A DNA stretch of 32,000 nucleotides from Cylindrospermopsis raciborskii Cr2010 (GCF_003367075.2 NZ_CP065936.1:180001-212000); one strand, 5' to 3'; shown: positions 10,318 through 19,334, numbered from the stretch's first letter. A program made the numbers and translations. The notes: a model not told the origin generated them from the sequence alone.

Positions 10318-11202
10318 ATGATCACCACTGAAAATTTACCAACCATAGAAAAACAAATTTGGACTTGGCGAAACTATAAAATCCAATATACTGTTATGGG
10401 TGTGGGTCAACCCCTAGTTCTGGTTCACGGATTCGGAGCTTCTATTGGTCACTGGCGCAAAAACATCCCTATTTTAGCTAAAGCGGGTTATCAGGTTTTT
10501 GCCCTGGATTTATTGGGATTTGGAGGTTCTGAAAAAGCAGACATAAAATATAGCATGGAAGTTTGGGTAGAGCTACTAAGGGATTTTTATCACGAACACA
10601 TCCAATCACCCACTATATTTATTGGTAATTCTATTGGCGCGCTTTTGAGTTTAATGGTTGTCACCCAACACCCGGAAATTGCTAGTGGGGCGGTTTTGAT
10701 TAATTCCGCTGGAGGTTTAAATCATCGTCCTCGGGAATTAAACCCCATTACTAGGTTTTTTATGGCTACCTTTCGTCAATTAGTCACTAATCCCATTACA
10801 GGAACTATTGTTTTTAATCGAGTTCGCACCAAATCCCAAATCCGTCGTACCCTATACCAAGTATATTGCGATCGCAATGCAGTTACTGATGAACTAGTAG
10901 ATATACTTTATGAACCATCCTGCGATCGCGGTGCTAGGAAAGTTTTTGCTTCCATTGTCACCGCACCTCCAGGACCAGCTCCCATTACCCTACTACCCAA
11001 GTTGACACATCCCCTATTAGTTCTGTGGGGTGAAAAGGATCCCTGGATACCCATAACTGGGACAAATATTTATGCAGAAGCGGCTAGTGGTAAGGATATT
11101 GAAATTGTACCTATTCCCAATGCTGGTCATTGTCCCCATGATGAAGTTCCAGATCTTGTCAATAGGGTGATTATTGACTGGTTAGGAAAGAAAAATCTTT
11201 AA
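10318..11202 (+). CDS. alpha/beta hydrolase fold protein
   Basis: GQPLVLVHGFGASIGHWRKNIP; nucleophile elbow GNSIGA; LLVLWGEKDPWIPI; PNAGHCPHDE. Confidence 0.93.
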   Translation: MITTENLPTIEKQIWTWRNYKIQYTVMGVGQPLVLVHGFGASIGHWRKNIPILAKAGYQVFALDLLGFGGSEKADIKYSMEVWVELLRDFYHEHIQSPTIFIGNSIGALLSLMVVTQHPEIASGAVLINSAGGLNHRPRELNPITRFFMATFRQLVTNPITGTIVFNRVRTKSQIRRTLYQVYCDRNAVTDELVDILYEPSCDRGARKVFASIVTAPPGPAPITLLPKLTHPLLVLWGEKDPWIPITGTNIYAEAASGKDIEIVPIPNAGHCPHDEVPDLVNRVIIDWLGKKNL

Positions 11203-11292
11203 GCTCATTTAGTCCCGCTGCTAAAATGCGGGGCTATAAGGCTATAATACTAAATTCTCTAATTCCCAATTGTTAATGTGAAGTAGTGTCAA

Positions 11293-14172
11293 ATGCCAAA
11301 TCCATCAGCAAAAAATTTATCAAGCGATAACCTTCCCCACACTCCAAACCAGGAAAATACCATTCGCATTCGCGGTGCTAGACAGCATAATCTGAAAAAT
11401 ATTGATCTAGACCTACCTCGTGACCAACTAATTGTATTTACTGGTGTCTCTGGATCTGGAAAATCTTCCTTAGCTTTTGATACCATCTTTGCAGAAGGTC
11501 AAAGACGTTATGTAGAATCACTAAGTGCCTATGCTCGTCAATTTCTAGGTCAATTAGACAAACCCGATGTAGAATCCATTGAAGGACTAAGCCCTGCTAT
11601 TTCTATTGATCAAAAATCTACCTCTCATAACCCTCGCTCCACCGTGGGAACAGTTACAGAAATCTATGATTACCTGCGATTGCTTTATGGACGTGCTGGT
11701 GAACCCCATTGTCCCCATTGCGATCGCTCTATTTCTCCCCAGACCATTGACCAAATGTGCGATCGCATTTTATCACTTCCTGACCGTACTCGATTTCAAA
11801 TTTTGGCACCTGTGCTAAGGGGAAAGAAGGGAACCCATCGGAAACTGCTTTCCAGTTTGGCAGCCCAGGGGTTTGTTAGGGCGCGGATCAATGGAGAGAT
11901 TTTTGAACTTTCAGAGGGTATAGAATTAGATAAAAATATTAGTCACAATATAGAACTGGTAATAGACAGATTAGTTAAAAAAGAAGGTATTCAGGAGCGT
12001 CTAGTAGATTCTCTCACCACATGTTTGAAACAGTCCGAGGGAATAGCCATAATTGAAATGATAAAAAACCCTGTAGATGAGGTAGATAAAAATATTTCCC
12101 CAGAGGAATTACCATCAGAGATTATCTTTTCAGAGAACTTTGCCTGTCCAGAACATGGGGGGGTAATGGAAGAATTATCCCCCAGATTATTTTCCTTTAA
12201 CTCTCCCTATGGTGCTTGTTCCCACTGTCATGGAATTGGCACCCTAAAAAGATTTTCTCCTGAGTTATTGATACCCGATCATAAAGCACCAATATATGGA
12301 GCCATAGCACCTTGGTCAGATAAGGAAAACTCCTATTATTTAGAATTATTGTACGCCTTGGGAGTGCAACATGGATTTCAATTACAAACCCAGTGGAGGG
12401 ATCTAAGCAAAGAGCAGCAAGAAATAGTTTTATATGGGGAGAAGCTAGAAAACACAACGGGAGGGAGAAAACAAAATTTTAGGGGAGTAATTCCCATGTT
12501 ACAAAGACAATACGAGGGAGGAACGGAACTAATCAAGCAGAGACTAGAAGAATATTTAATCGATCAACCTTGTGAAGTTTGTGACGGAAAAAGACTAAAA
12601 CCGGAAGCTTTAGCTGTGAAATTAGGTCAATATGGAATTTGGGATTTAACCAGCGTATCAATTAGGGAATTTCAGGAACGAATAGAAAACTTAAAATTAA
12701 CTGCTCGGCAAATACAAATTGGCGATTTAGTCATTAAAGAAATTAAACAGAGATTGCAATTTTTACTAGATGTAGGTTTAGATTATTTGACCTTAGATCG
12801 TCCCGCCATGACCTTATCAGGTGGAGAAGCACAACGAATTAGACTAGCGACCCAAATTGGTTCCGGTTTAACAGGAGTACTTTATGTGTTAGATGAACCA
12901 AGCATTGGACTTCACCAAAGAGATAATGATAGACTGTTGAAAACCTTGATCAAACTGCGAGACTTAGGAAATACCCTAATTGTTGTGGAACACGATGAAG
13001 AAACTATTAGAGCAGCAGATCACATAATTGACATTGGTCCGGGTGCAGGTATTCATGGAGGAAATATTATTGCCCAAGGAACAATTGAAGATGTATTAAA
13101 GGCAGAAAATTCCCTAACAGGATCCTATTTATCCAAAAAAATAGTAATTGATACACCCACAACTAGAAGAGGGGGAAATGGCAAAACTCTGAACATTAAA
13201 AATGCCCACCGCAATAACTTAAAAAACCTAGATGTGGAAATTCCCCTGGGAAAATTAGTTGCTGTAACTGGAGTTTCTGGTTCAGGAAAATCAACTTTAA
13301 TTAATGAATTGCTCTATCCCGCGCTACAACATCATTTATTAAAAAGAGTACCCTTTCCTCCAGAACTCAGTGGAATAGGAGGATTAAACTGTGTGGATAA
13401 GGTCATTGTCATAGATCAGTCACCCATTGGGAGAACACCCAGATCTAACCCAGCTACTTACACAGGAGTATTTGACCTGATTAGAGAAGTGTTTTCTCAA
13501 ACTATCGAGGCTAAAACTAGGGGATATAAACCTGGACAATTTTCCTTTAACGTCAAGGGAGGTAGGTGTGAAGCTTGCAATGGACAGGGAGTAAATGTTA
13601 TAGAAATGAATTTTTTACCGGATGTTTATGTTCAATGTGAAGTATGTAAAGGAGCTAGATATAATCGAGAGACCTTACAAGTTAAATATAAAGATAAATC
13701 CATCTCTGATGTTTTAAAAATGACCGTTGAGGAAGCACTAGCATTTTGTGAAAACCTCCCCAAAGCAGTCAGCAAATTACAAACATTGGTGGATGTTGGT
13801 TTGGGATACATACAGTTGGGACAACCCGCTACCACCCTATCAGGAGGAGAAGCACAACGGGTCAAATTAGCTACGGAGTTATCTCGACGTGCTACGGGTA
13901 AAACATTGTATTTAATAGATGAACCCACCACCGGACTATCTTTTTATGATGTTCACAAGTTATTAGATGTGATTCAGAGATTAGTGGATAAGGGAAATTC
14001 TATCTTAGTGATTGAACACAACCTGGATGTGATTCGTTGTGCGGATTGGGTTATAGATTTGGGCCCAGAAGGAGGTGATAAAGGGGGAGAGATCATCGGT
14101 GTGGGAACTCCAGAACAACTTGCTCAAAATCCCCGCTCCCATACGGGAAGATATTTACAACGGATGTTATAA
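11293..14172 (+). CDS. uvrA: excinuclease ABC subunit A
   Basis: IRIRGARQHNLKNIDLDLPRDQLIVFTGVSGSGKSSLAFDTIFAEGQRRYVESLSAYARQFL; two ABC signatures (LSGGEAQRIRLA, LSGGEAQRVKLA); CxxC zinc-binding pairs; 959 aa. Confidence 0.99.
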   Translation: MPNPSAKNLSSDNLPHTPNQENTIRIRGARQHNLKNIDLDLPRDQLIVFTGVSGSGKSSLAFDTIFAEGQRRYVESLSAYARQFLGQLDKPDVESIEGLSPAISIDQKSTSHNPRSTVGTVTEIYDYLRLLYGRAGEPHCPHCDRSISPQTIDQMCDRILSLPDRTRFQILAPVLRGKKGTHRKLLSSLAAQGFVRARINGEIFELSEGIELDKNISHNIELVIDRLVKKEGIQERLVDSLTTCLKQSEGIAIIEMIKNPVDEVDKNISPEELPSEIIFSENFACPEHGGVMEELSPRLFSFNSPYGACSHCHGIGTLKRFSPELLIPDHKAPIYGAIAPWSDKENSYYLELLYALGVQHGFQLQTQWRDLSKEQQEIVLYGEKLENTTGGRKQNFRGVIPMLQRQYEGGTELIKQRLEEYLIDQPCEVCDGKRLKPEALAVKLGQYGIWDLTSVSIREFQERIENLKLTARQIQIGDLVIKEIKQRLQFLLDVGLDYLTLDRPAMTLSGGEAQRIRLATQIGSGLTGVLYVLDEPSIGLHQRDNDRLLKTLIKLRDLGNTLIVVEHDEETIRAADHIIDIGPGAGIHGGNIIAQGTIEDVLKAENSLTGSYLSKKIVIDTPTTRRGGNGKTLNIKNAHRNNLKNLDVEIPLGKLVAVTGVSGSGKSTLINELLYPALQHHLLKRVPFPPELSGIGGLNCVDKVIVIDQSPIGRTPRSNPATYTGVFDLIREVFSQTIEAKTRGYKPGQFSFNVKGGRCEACNGQGVNVIEMNFLPDVYVQCEVCKGARYNRETLQVKYKDKSISDVLKMTVEEALAFCENLPKAVSKLQTLVDVGLGYIQLGQPATTLSGGEAQRVKLATELSRRATGKTLYLIDEPTTGLSFYDVHKLLDVIQRLVDKGNSILVIEHNLDVIRCADWVIDLGPEGGDKGGEIIGVGTPEQLAQNPRSHTGRYLQRML

Positions 14173-14197
14173 GTATACCACTTCTCTCAATATACAA

Positions 14198-14236
14198 GGT
14201 TGGGTTGAGGAATGAAACCCAACTTACAAAGTTGGG
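14198..14236. repeat. small interspersed repeat with adjoining hairpin (copy 1)
   Basis: GGTTGGGTTGAGGAATGAAACCCAACTT, followed by perfect stem CCCAACTT (14218-14225) / AAGTTGGG (14229-14236), loop ACA. Related copies at 16515-16569. Confidence 0.7.
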
Positions 14237-14333
14237 CGATCGCACTGAAATATTATTAAAAGCAATCTGTGCTGGAGCATGATAAGTATCTCTAATTAAA
14301 TCCTGAATATTCTTAATTATCCCTGCTCAAACT

Positions 14334-14618
14334 TTAAATCACAAAAACATCTAGATTACGTGGTGGATCGCAACCAATTCTCTCAATGTTATACTGACAA
14401 CATCTTCCTAACTTGTAGAGTAGGATATTATCTTCCTTAGGTTTAATCAATTTATCTAGTCTTTGTCGTAACTTTTGATACTGAGTTAAGGTTAATCGAC
14501 ATTCAAACAAAGAATACTGTTTCCATTCTCCATAAGATTTGAGGCATTTATGAATTTTGTTGCGTCTTTTATCTTCGGAAATGTCATAGCTAATGATATA
14601 AAAACTTTCGTCGATCAT
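14334..14618 (-). CDS. cas2: CRISPR-associated endoribonuclease Cas2 (orphan)
   Basis: MIDESFYIISYDISEDKRRNKIHKCLKSYGEWKQYSLFECRLTLTQYQKLRQRLDKLI...EDNILLYKLGRCCQYNIERIG: Cas2 ferredoxin-fold motifs (YDI.D.RRRNKI, YG...QYS.FEC). GAGG just upstream of ATG. No cas1 in window. Confidence 0.93.
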   Translation of the reverse strand: MIDESFYIISYDISEDKRRNKIHKCLKSYGEWKQYSLFECRLTLTQYQKLRQRLDKLIKPKEDNILLYKLGRCCQYNIERIGCDPPRNLDVFVI

Positions 14619-14758
14619 CCTACCTCACTTTTAAGGGTAAATATTTTTCTATTTCTTGATTTAAGTGATTAGTCTTGCTTATTTAGTATTTGAACCTCAC
14701 ATTGATATCTATTTGAGTTTGATTGCAGTAGCACAAGATACCTCGTTTAAAAGGAAAA

Positions 14759-14784
14759 AGTTTCAATCTCCTATGGAGATAAGT
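14759..14784 (-). repeat. single CRISPR-repeat-like sequence (possible remnant; not an array)
   Basis: Minus strand reads ACTTATCTCCATAGGAGATTGAAACT. It has a dyad ATCTCC-ATA-GGAGAT and the GATTGAAAC 3' end common in CRISPR repeats. Only one copy seen, beside cas2. Confidence 0.4.
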
Positions 14785-14900
14785 GTGACATACTCCACAC
14801 ACTCCCTTACAGGTGAGTGTGGGCTTCTCAACGACTCTTCTATGAAGACATTGATTGAGCTTTGAGGGCGTGTGTCCCACGCGCCTTTATATTTATAGCC
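14785..14900 (-). ncRNA. putative omega-RNA (reRNA) scaffold at the tnpB 3' end; 5' limit uncertain
   Basis: Minus strand downstream of the tnpB stop: GAGAAGCCCACACTCACCTGTAAGGGAGTGTGTGGAGTATGTCAC. The stem (14795-14804 with 14815-14823) sits right before the inferred element end, as expected for TnpB guide RNA. Confidence 0.5.
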
Positions 14901-16015
14901 GCATTTAGATCCCGGCACAAGCTGACCTTGCAACTAGGGCAATTGTGCGTTCTTTCTGATAGCGGCTTTTTGACTTTGTGTCCACAGTTAGAACATTCTT
15001 GGCTCGTACCGTTTGGATTTACAGCTATCACTTTCAAGCCAGCATTCTCGGCTTTGTTTGAAAGTATGGTGATGAACTGTCCCCAACCAGCATCGTTAAT
15101 ACTTTTAGCCAATCTTGTTTTAGCAAGTCCTTTTATATTTAATTTTTCAACAGCTACTACGTCATACTTTTTGAGTAGATTATTAGCTGTTTTGAATTGG
15201 AAATCTTTTCTAGTATCAACAACTTTCTTGTGTAGAATACCCAGTTTTTTAATCGCTTTTTTACGGCGATTAGAACCTCTCTTCCGACGAGAGACACGAC
15301 GTTGCGCAGATTTTAACTTGCGTTCAGCTTGGCGTAGAAACTTAGGTGCGGCAATTCTTTCACCGTCTGAGGTGACAATAAAATCAATCAATCCGACATC
15401 AATACCAACAATATTATTAGCATTAAAATCAGGCTTAATTGTGGGAACTGTTTTGTCGTCAAGACTTAGAGTTACATAATACCCGTCTGCTTTTTTAGTG
15501 ACAGATACAGTTTTAATTTGAAACCCGTCGGGAACTTGACGATGAACAATTACTTTAACATCGCCTATTTTTGATAGCGTAATCTTGTTATTGACAAAGT
15601 GATGTTGTTTGAATTGAGGAAAAGTAAATGTTTTATATTGTCCCGTACTTTTAAATCTAGGTCTACCAGACTTTTTGCTGTTGCTATCACCTTTTAACCA
15701 TCGGTCAAAAGCTAACTCAACTTTCTTTGCGACTTCCTGTAGCACCTGAGAATGAATCTCTTTGTACCAAGGACGGTCTTTTTTAAGTTGAGTTAATGAT
15801 GCTTTTTGGTTGTAATAATTAGGTTGCTCTTTGAGTTCTGGTAAATGACAAACGAATATGGAACATCTATTAATAGGGGAACGATTTTGTTCATACCAAT
15901 CAAACCGTTGAGCCAGCAAATAATTGTATTGATAGCGCAGCATTTCTAGCGTTTTATCAATCTTTTCTGCTTGCTCTTTTGTCGGTTTAATTTTGTATTG
16001 ATAGGATATCCGCAC
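14840..16015 (-). CDS. tnpB: IS605 OrfB / TnpB RNA-guided endonuclease
   Basis: RuvC residues in context: NIVGIDVGLIDF (D), VVAVEKLNIKG (E), CRDLNAAINI (D). Zinc finger ECSNCGHKVKKPLSERTHNCPSC. Full length, 391 aa, no internal stop. Confidence 0.96.
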   Translation of the reverse strand: MRISYQYKIKPTKEQAEKIDKTLEMLRYQYNYLLAQRFDWYEQNRSPINRCSIFVCHLPELKEQPNYYNQKASLTQLKKDRPWYKEIHSQVLQEVAKKVELAFDRWLKGDSNSKKSGRPRFKSTGQYKTFTFPQFKQHHFVNNKITLSKIGDVKVIVHRQVPDGFQIKTVSVTKKADGYYVTLSLDDKTVPTIKPDFNANNIVGIDVGLIDFIVTSDGERIAAPKFLRQAERKLKSAQRRVSRRKRGSNRRKKAIKKLGILHKKVVDTRKDFQFKTANNLLKKYDVVAVEKLNIKGLAKTRLAKSINDAGWGQFITILSNKAENAGLKVIAVNPNGTSQECSNCGHKVKKPLSERTHNCPSCKVSLCRDLNAAINIKARGTHALKAQSMSS

Positions 16016-16093
16016 CTGATTATCGCCTTTTTCTGGTGTCGCACTGTTACTATTCTAGTATACACTAATTATGAGAAATATGGCAAGAAGCTT

Positions 16094-16498
16094 ATGAAAA
16101 ATGTTTTGTTTCAAAGGGAAGGTCAGTCAGTGACTTAAAAGTACATCTAGTTTTAACGACAAAATATAGGCGCAAAGCCTTTACTGGAGATACGTTACAG
16201 CGATTACATATCATCCTAGAGGAACTATTAGTTAAATGGGATTGCAAGCTTGTGGAGTTTAATGGAGGATCATATCCACTGCTTATTCCAATATCATCCG
16301 GACTTAGAATTAAGCAAACTGATAAATAATCTTAAATCAGTTTCTTCTAGGAAATTACGCCAAGAATTTTCAGAACATCTAGCAAAAATTTACTGGAAAG
16401 ATGTTTTTTGGAACGGGTCTTATTTTGTTGCTAGTTGTGGTGGAGTAACTATCTCAACGTTACGAAAATATATTGAAAATCAAAATTCACCGAATTAA
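16094..16498 (+). pseudogene. tnpA: IS200-type Y1 transposase TnpA, frameshifted
   Basis: Fragments in different frames: MKNVLFQREGQS | VSDLKVHLVLTTKYRRKAFTGDTLQRLHIILEELLVKWDCKLVEFNG | (M)EDHIHCLFQYHPDLELSKLINNLKSVSSRKLRQEF...YWKDVFWNGSYFVASCGGVTISTLRKYIENQ. Retains the HIH (HUH) motif; at least one clear frameshift at AATGGAGGATCAT, probably a second near CAGTCAGTGAC. Confidence 0.88.
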
Positions 16499-16514
16499 AT
16501 ATAAAATGAACGTA

Positions 16515-16569
16515 GGTTAGGTTGAAGTATGAAACCCAACGCCCGCATGGGTTGAGGAACGAAACCCAT
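16515..16569. repeat. small interspersed repeats (two related copies)
   Basis: GGTTAGGTTGAAGTATGAAACCCAAC (16515-16540) and TGGGTTGAGGAACGAAACCCA (about 16549-16569), same family as 14198-14224. Confidence 0.7.
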
Positions 16570-16642
16570 CCCTAGGTCCAAGTTTTTTTCAATGTAGGAT
16601 AATCTCAGCTCCTGGTAACTGATTAAGATTCATGATTGCCGA

Positions 16643-18328
16643 TTACAAACTAAACTCATCGAATTTAATAACTGGAGAATTGGGATTTGTTGTATCGAAG
16701 CGATAACTGCTAACAGTACCGGTTTCAGTGTCAAAAATAGTAAAAACTGTGAACTGATTGCTTGCAATATAAGGTAAGGGTTGACCATCTTCCCCTAGGA
16801 GTGGAGAAATAGTAGGTGTGATTGGTGGTAAACCATTGGGATTACCACTTGCTATGTAGTCTTGTGGAAAATCCTCTTGATATTGCTGGGGGATGTCTCG
16901 CTCTCTTTTTCCCCAAGCAGCACCGTAGGAATTACCCACATTAGAAGTTTCTAAAAAGTTGATTCCTCCTTGATTGAGAAACCGATTCCACAGGTGGGAG
17001 TGTCCATAAAAGACTAGTTGAACTTTGGCCTGCTCTAGTAAGGGTATCAAGTCACGAATTATATAATCGGTGTTCTTTGGATATTGATAGGTTACAGACT
17101 GAATATTCCCTAATTCATCTTTTTCAATAATCTGTAAGGGATTAGTATAAGGTGGGACAATATTATCACCTAGGGTATGTGCTGGATGGTGAAACATTAC
17201 CACTTTATATTTTGCTTGTTCAAATTCAGGACTGTTTAATTCTTCCTCGAGCCAAATATATTGGTCACTTCCTGGAACAATTGGTTCATAAATTATTTGG
17301 CCATATCCCCAATTTTCAGGGGAGGAAAGTTGCTGGTTTGATTCCTTATATCTACCTTTGATAGGGGACTCTAATTTGGGATTTCGCCACGCGTTCGTCA
17401 CATATAAGACTATTAATCTCACATCCCCAAAACTGAGGGCGTAATAGGTTTTTCCCCCGGTTTTACTCTCGGGTAAACTAAAAATTTCCTCGTAGGTAAT
17501 AGTATTAAAACTATAGTCTTTTAAATATTCTTTTCCACAAACTTCATTATAGCATTCCTGAGCAATTTCCCGGGGAATGGTATCATTAAATTCCTGGTTT
17601 AAACTAATATTTCCCGTATATCTTCCCATAATCTCATGATTACCAACACAGGGGAACAAGGGAGCATTCTGAATAATCTTACCACCGGTATAGGTAAGTT
17701 TTTCCCCGTTATATTCCATAGTATATTGGGCACGACCTTGTAAACCTGGAAAAAAAGCATTACCGCGAAGATCATCAAACCATTCTGAAGCGCGGTCTGG
17801 CACATTGACTAAGTCTCCAGCAAACCACACCGCGTCAACTACACCGACCGTTTCCACCACTTTCTGTAAATTGGCCGCTGTCATTGGTTTTAATTGGTGA
17901 TCGGAGGTGAGAAGAATTTTCAGGGGTTTACCTGGTTGGGGAATAGGTGTAAGGGTAAAAACCTCACTGTTTATTTTCACCCCATCTTCTGTTATGCTTG
18001 TTACATAGTAGGGAATCCGTAAATTGGGGGTTAGATCCGTAATTTCTGCTTCCTGTCGCCAAATATCTCGTTGAACTGGTTTTTGGTAAACTTGTCCTTT
18101 TTTTCTTTGCTCTTTTACCCTGGAGTCCTGATCTTCTCTGACGCGAGTCAGTTTTGTGGTTTGAGCAATGGTGGTTTTTTCCAGATGATGACCATGAGTA
18201 ACTAAATGCTGCTCACCCGCAAATTCTGTAAACCAAACCACCCGCACCGAATTGACCATTGGTAGTTGTAGAAATGGATCTGTTAACAGTTGAGGTTTTG
18301 ATGTCATTTGGGAAAACTGTGCGGTCAT
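16643..18328 (-). CDS. metallophosphatase (calcineurin/purple acid phosphatase-like)
   Basis: LKILLTSDHQLKP, VWFAGDLVNVPD, PCVGNHE, VVMFHHPAH, LVFYGHSHLWNR: metallophosphoesterase motif series. Confidence 0.9.
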   Translation of the reverse strand: MTAQFSQMTSKPQLLTDPFLQLPMVNSVRVVWFTEFAGEQHLVTHGHHLEKTTIAQTTKLTRVREDQDSRVKEQRKKGQVYQKPVQRDIWRQEAEITDLTPNLRIPYYVTSITEDGVKINSEVFTLTPIPQPGKPLKILLTSDHQLKPMTAANLQKVVETVGVVDAVWFAGDLVNVPDRASEWFDDLRGNAFFPGLQGRAQYTMEYNGEKLTYTGGKIIQNAPLFPCVGNHEIMGRYTGNISLNQEFNDTIPREIAQECYNEVCGKEYLKDYSFNTITYEEIFSLPESKTGGKTYYALSFGDVRLIVLYVTNAWRNPKLESPIKGRYKESNQQLSSPENWGYGQIIYEPIVPGSDQYIWLEEELNSPEFEQAKYKVVMFHHPAHTLGDNIVPPYTNPLQIIEKDELGNIQSVTYQYPKNTDYIIRDLIPLLEQAKVQLVFYGHSHLWNRFLNQGGINFLETSNVGNSYGAAWGKRERDIPQQYQEDFPQDYIASGNPNGLPPITPTISPLLGEDGQPLPYIASNQFTVFTIFDTETGTVSSYRFDTTNPNSPVIKFDEFSL

Positions 18329-18368
18329 GGTTATACTATCTTACCATTGTATCATATCACCACAACCT

Positions 18369-19202
18369 ATGAACACCCGAAAATCTCCCATCCAAATTTT
18401 TGGTGTATACGCCCTATTACTGGCGATCGCTCTTTTGACTCTTTTTCCCTTACTATGGCTAATTAGTACTGCTTTAAAATCACCTACGGAGAATCTTTTA
18501 GAGACTCCGCCAAAACTCTTACCCCTTCAACCCACCTTAGATAACTTCGTCCGGGTTTGGGAGTCCTTACCGTTTGGACAATATCTATACAATAGTTTTT
18601 TAGTAGCCATATTAACAGTAGTTTTGAACCTATTGTTTTGTTCCCTAGCAGCTTATCCCCTAGCTAGACTTTCATTTCTGGGGAGAAATACCATTTTTAT
18701 TGCCATTGTTTCCACAATTATGATTCCCTTTCAGATTGTGATGATTCCCCTGTATATCATCACCGTTCAATTGGGTTTAACCAACAGTTATTTAGGAATG
18801 ATTTTTCCCAGTTTAGCCTCTGCTTTCGGTATATTTCTGTTGAGACAAGCTTTTATGGGAGTGCCAAAAGAAATAGAAGAAGCTGCTCGTATAGATGGTA
18901 GTTCCGAATTGGGATTATGGTGGTTCATCATGCTACCAGCTATCAAACCAGCATTAATCACCTTGGCAATTTTTGTGTTTATTGGAGCTTGGAGTGACTT
19001 TCTGTGGCCATTAATTGTTATCCAGGATGAAAGCCTATATACCTTACCACTAGGGGTAGCTAAATTAGCAGGTACATTTTCCTTAGATTGGCGATTGGTA
19101 GCTGCTGGGTCAATTATTTCCGTTGCTCCTGTTTTACTCTTATTCTTATTTTTACAGAAGTTTATTGTGCCTACAGATACAGGCAGTGGCATCAAAGGTT
19201 AG
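18369..19202 (+). CDS. carbohydrate ABC transporter permease, MalG-like
   Basis: MNTRKSPIQIFG...LFPLLWLISTALKSP...; EAA-type loop EEIEEAARIDGSSELGLWWFIMLPAIKPAL; multiple TM segments. ORF track start is 18327, but Met at 18369 is the more typical N-terminus. Confidence 0.93.
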   Translation: MNTRKSPIQIFGVYALLLAIALLTLFPLLWLISTALKSPTENLLETPPKLLPLQPTLDNFVRVWESLPFGQYLYNSFLVAILTVVLNLLFCSLAAYPLARLSFLGRNTIFIAIVSTIMIPFQIVMIPLYIITVQLGLTNSYLGMIFPSLASAFGIFLLRQAFMGVPKEIEEAARIDGSSELGLWWFIMLPAIKPALITLAIFVFIGAWSDFLWPLIVIQDESLYTLPLGVAKLAGTFSLDWRLVAAGSIISVAPVLLLFLFLQKFIVPTDTGSGIKG

Positions 19203-19334
19203 AAGCCCTTGTTCATTTGTTCATTATAGCTGTAGCCATTTAAAAGGGGGGTGGAAGCGAGTTGAGTAGCTACCCATTAACCCTTCATATAGCATTATGG
19301 CTAAAGCTATAATTAAAATATACCCAACAGCAAA

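Larger units (their letters stand above)
14785..16500 (-). mobile_element. IS200/IS605-family element (IS605-like divergent tnpA/tnpB), approximate ends
   Basis: tnpB (-) and degraded Y1 tnpA (+) diverge from 16015/16094. Element end near 14785 is inferred from terminal hairpin plus GGAGTATGTCAC (minus strand). The other end is not resolved. Confidence 0.75.

Noticed and set aside
10860-11770. Clusters of GCGATCGC octamers
   Set aside because: These are HIP1 sites, ubiquitous in cyanobacterial genomes; useful for taxonomy but not a local feature.
14185-14260. Intrinsic terminator after uvrA from the CCCAACTT/AAGTTGGG stem
   Set aside because: The stem is perfect but followed by GCGATCGC and not a T-tract, and it belongs to the repeat element; terminator role possible but unproven.
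14618-14840. A functional CRISPR array next to cas2
   Set aside because: Only one repeat-like unit is visible; no second copy at the expected 60-75 nt spacing on either side.
14862-15479. 205-aa plus-strand ORF inside tnpB
   Set aside because: Fully antisense to the well-supported tnpB, no recognisable motifs; a mirror-strand artefact.
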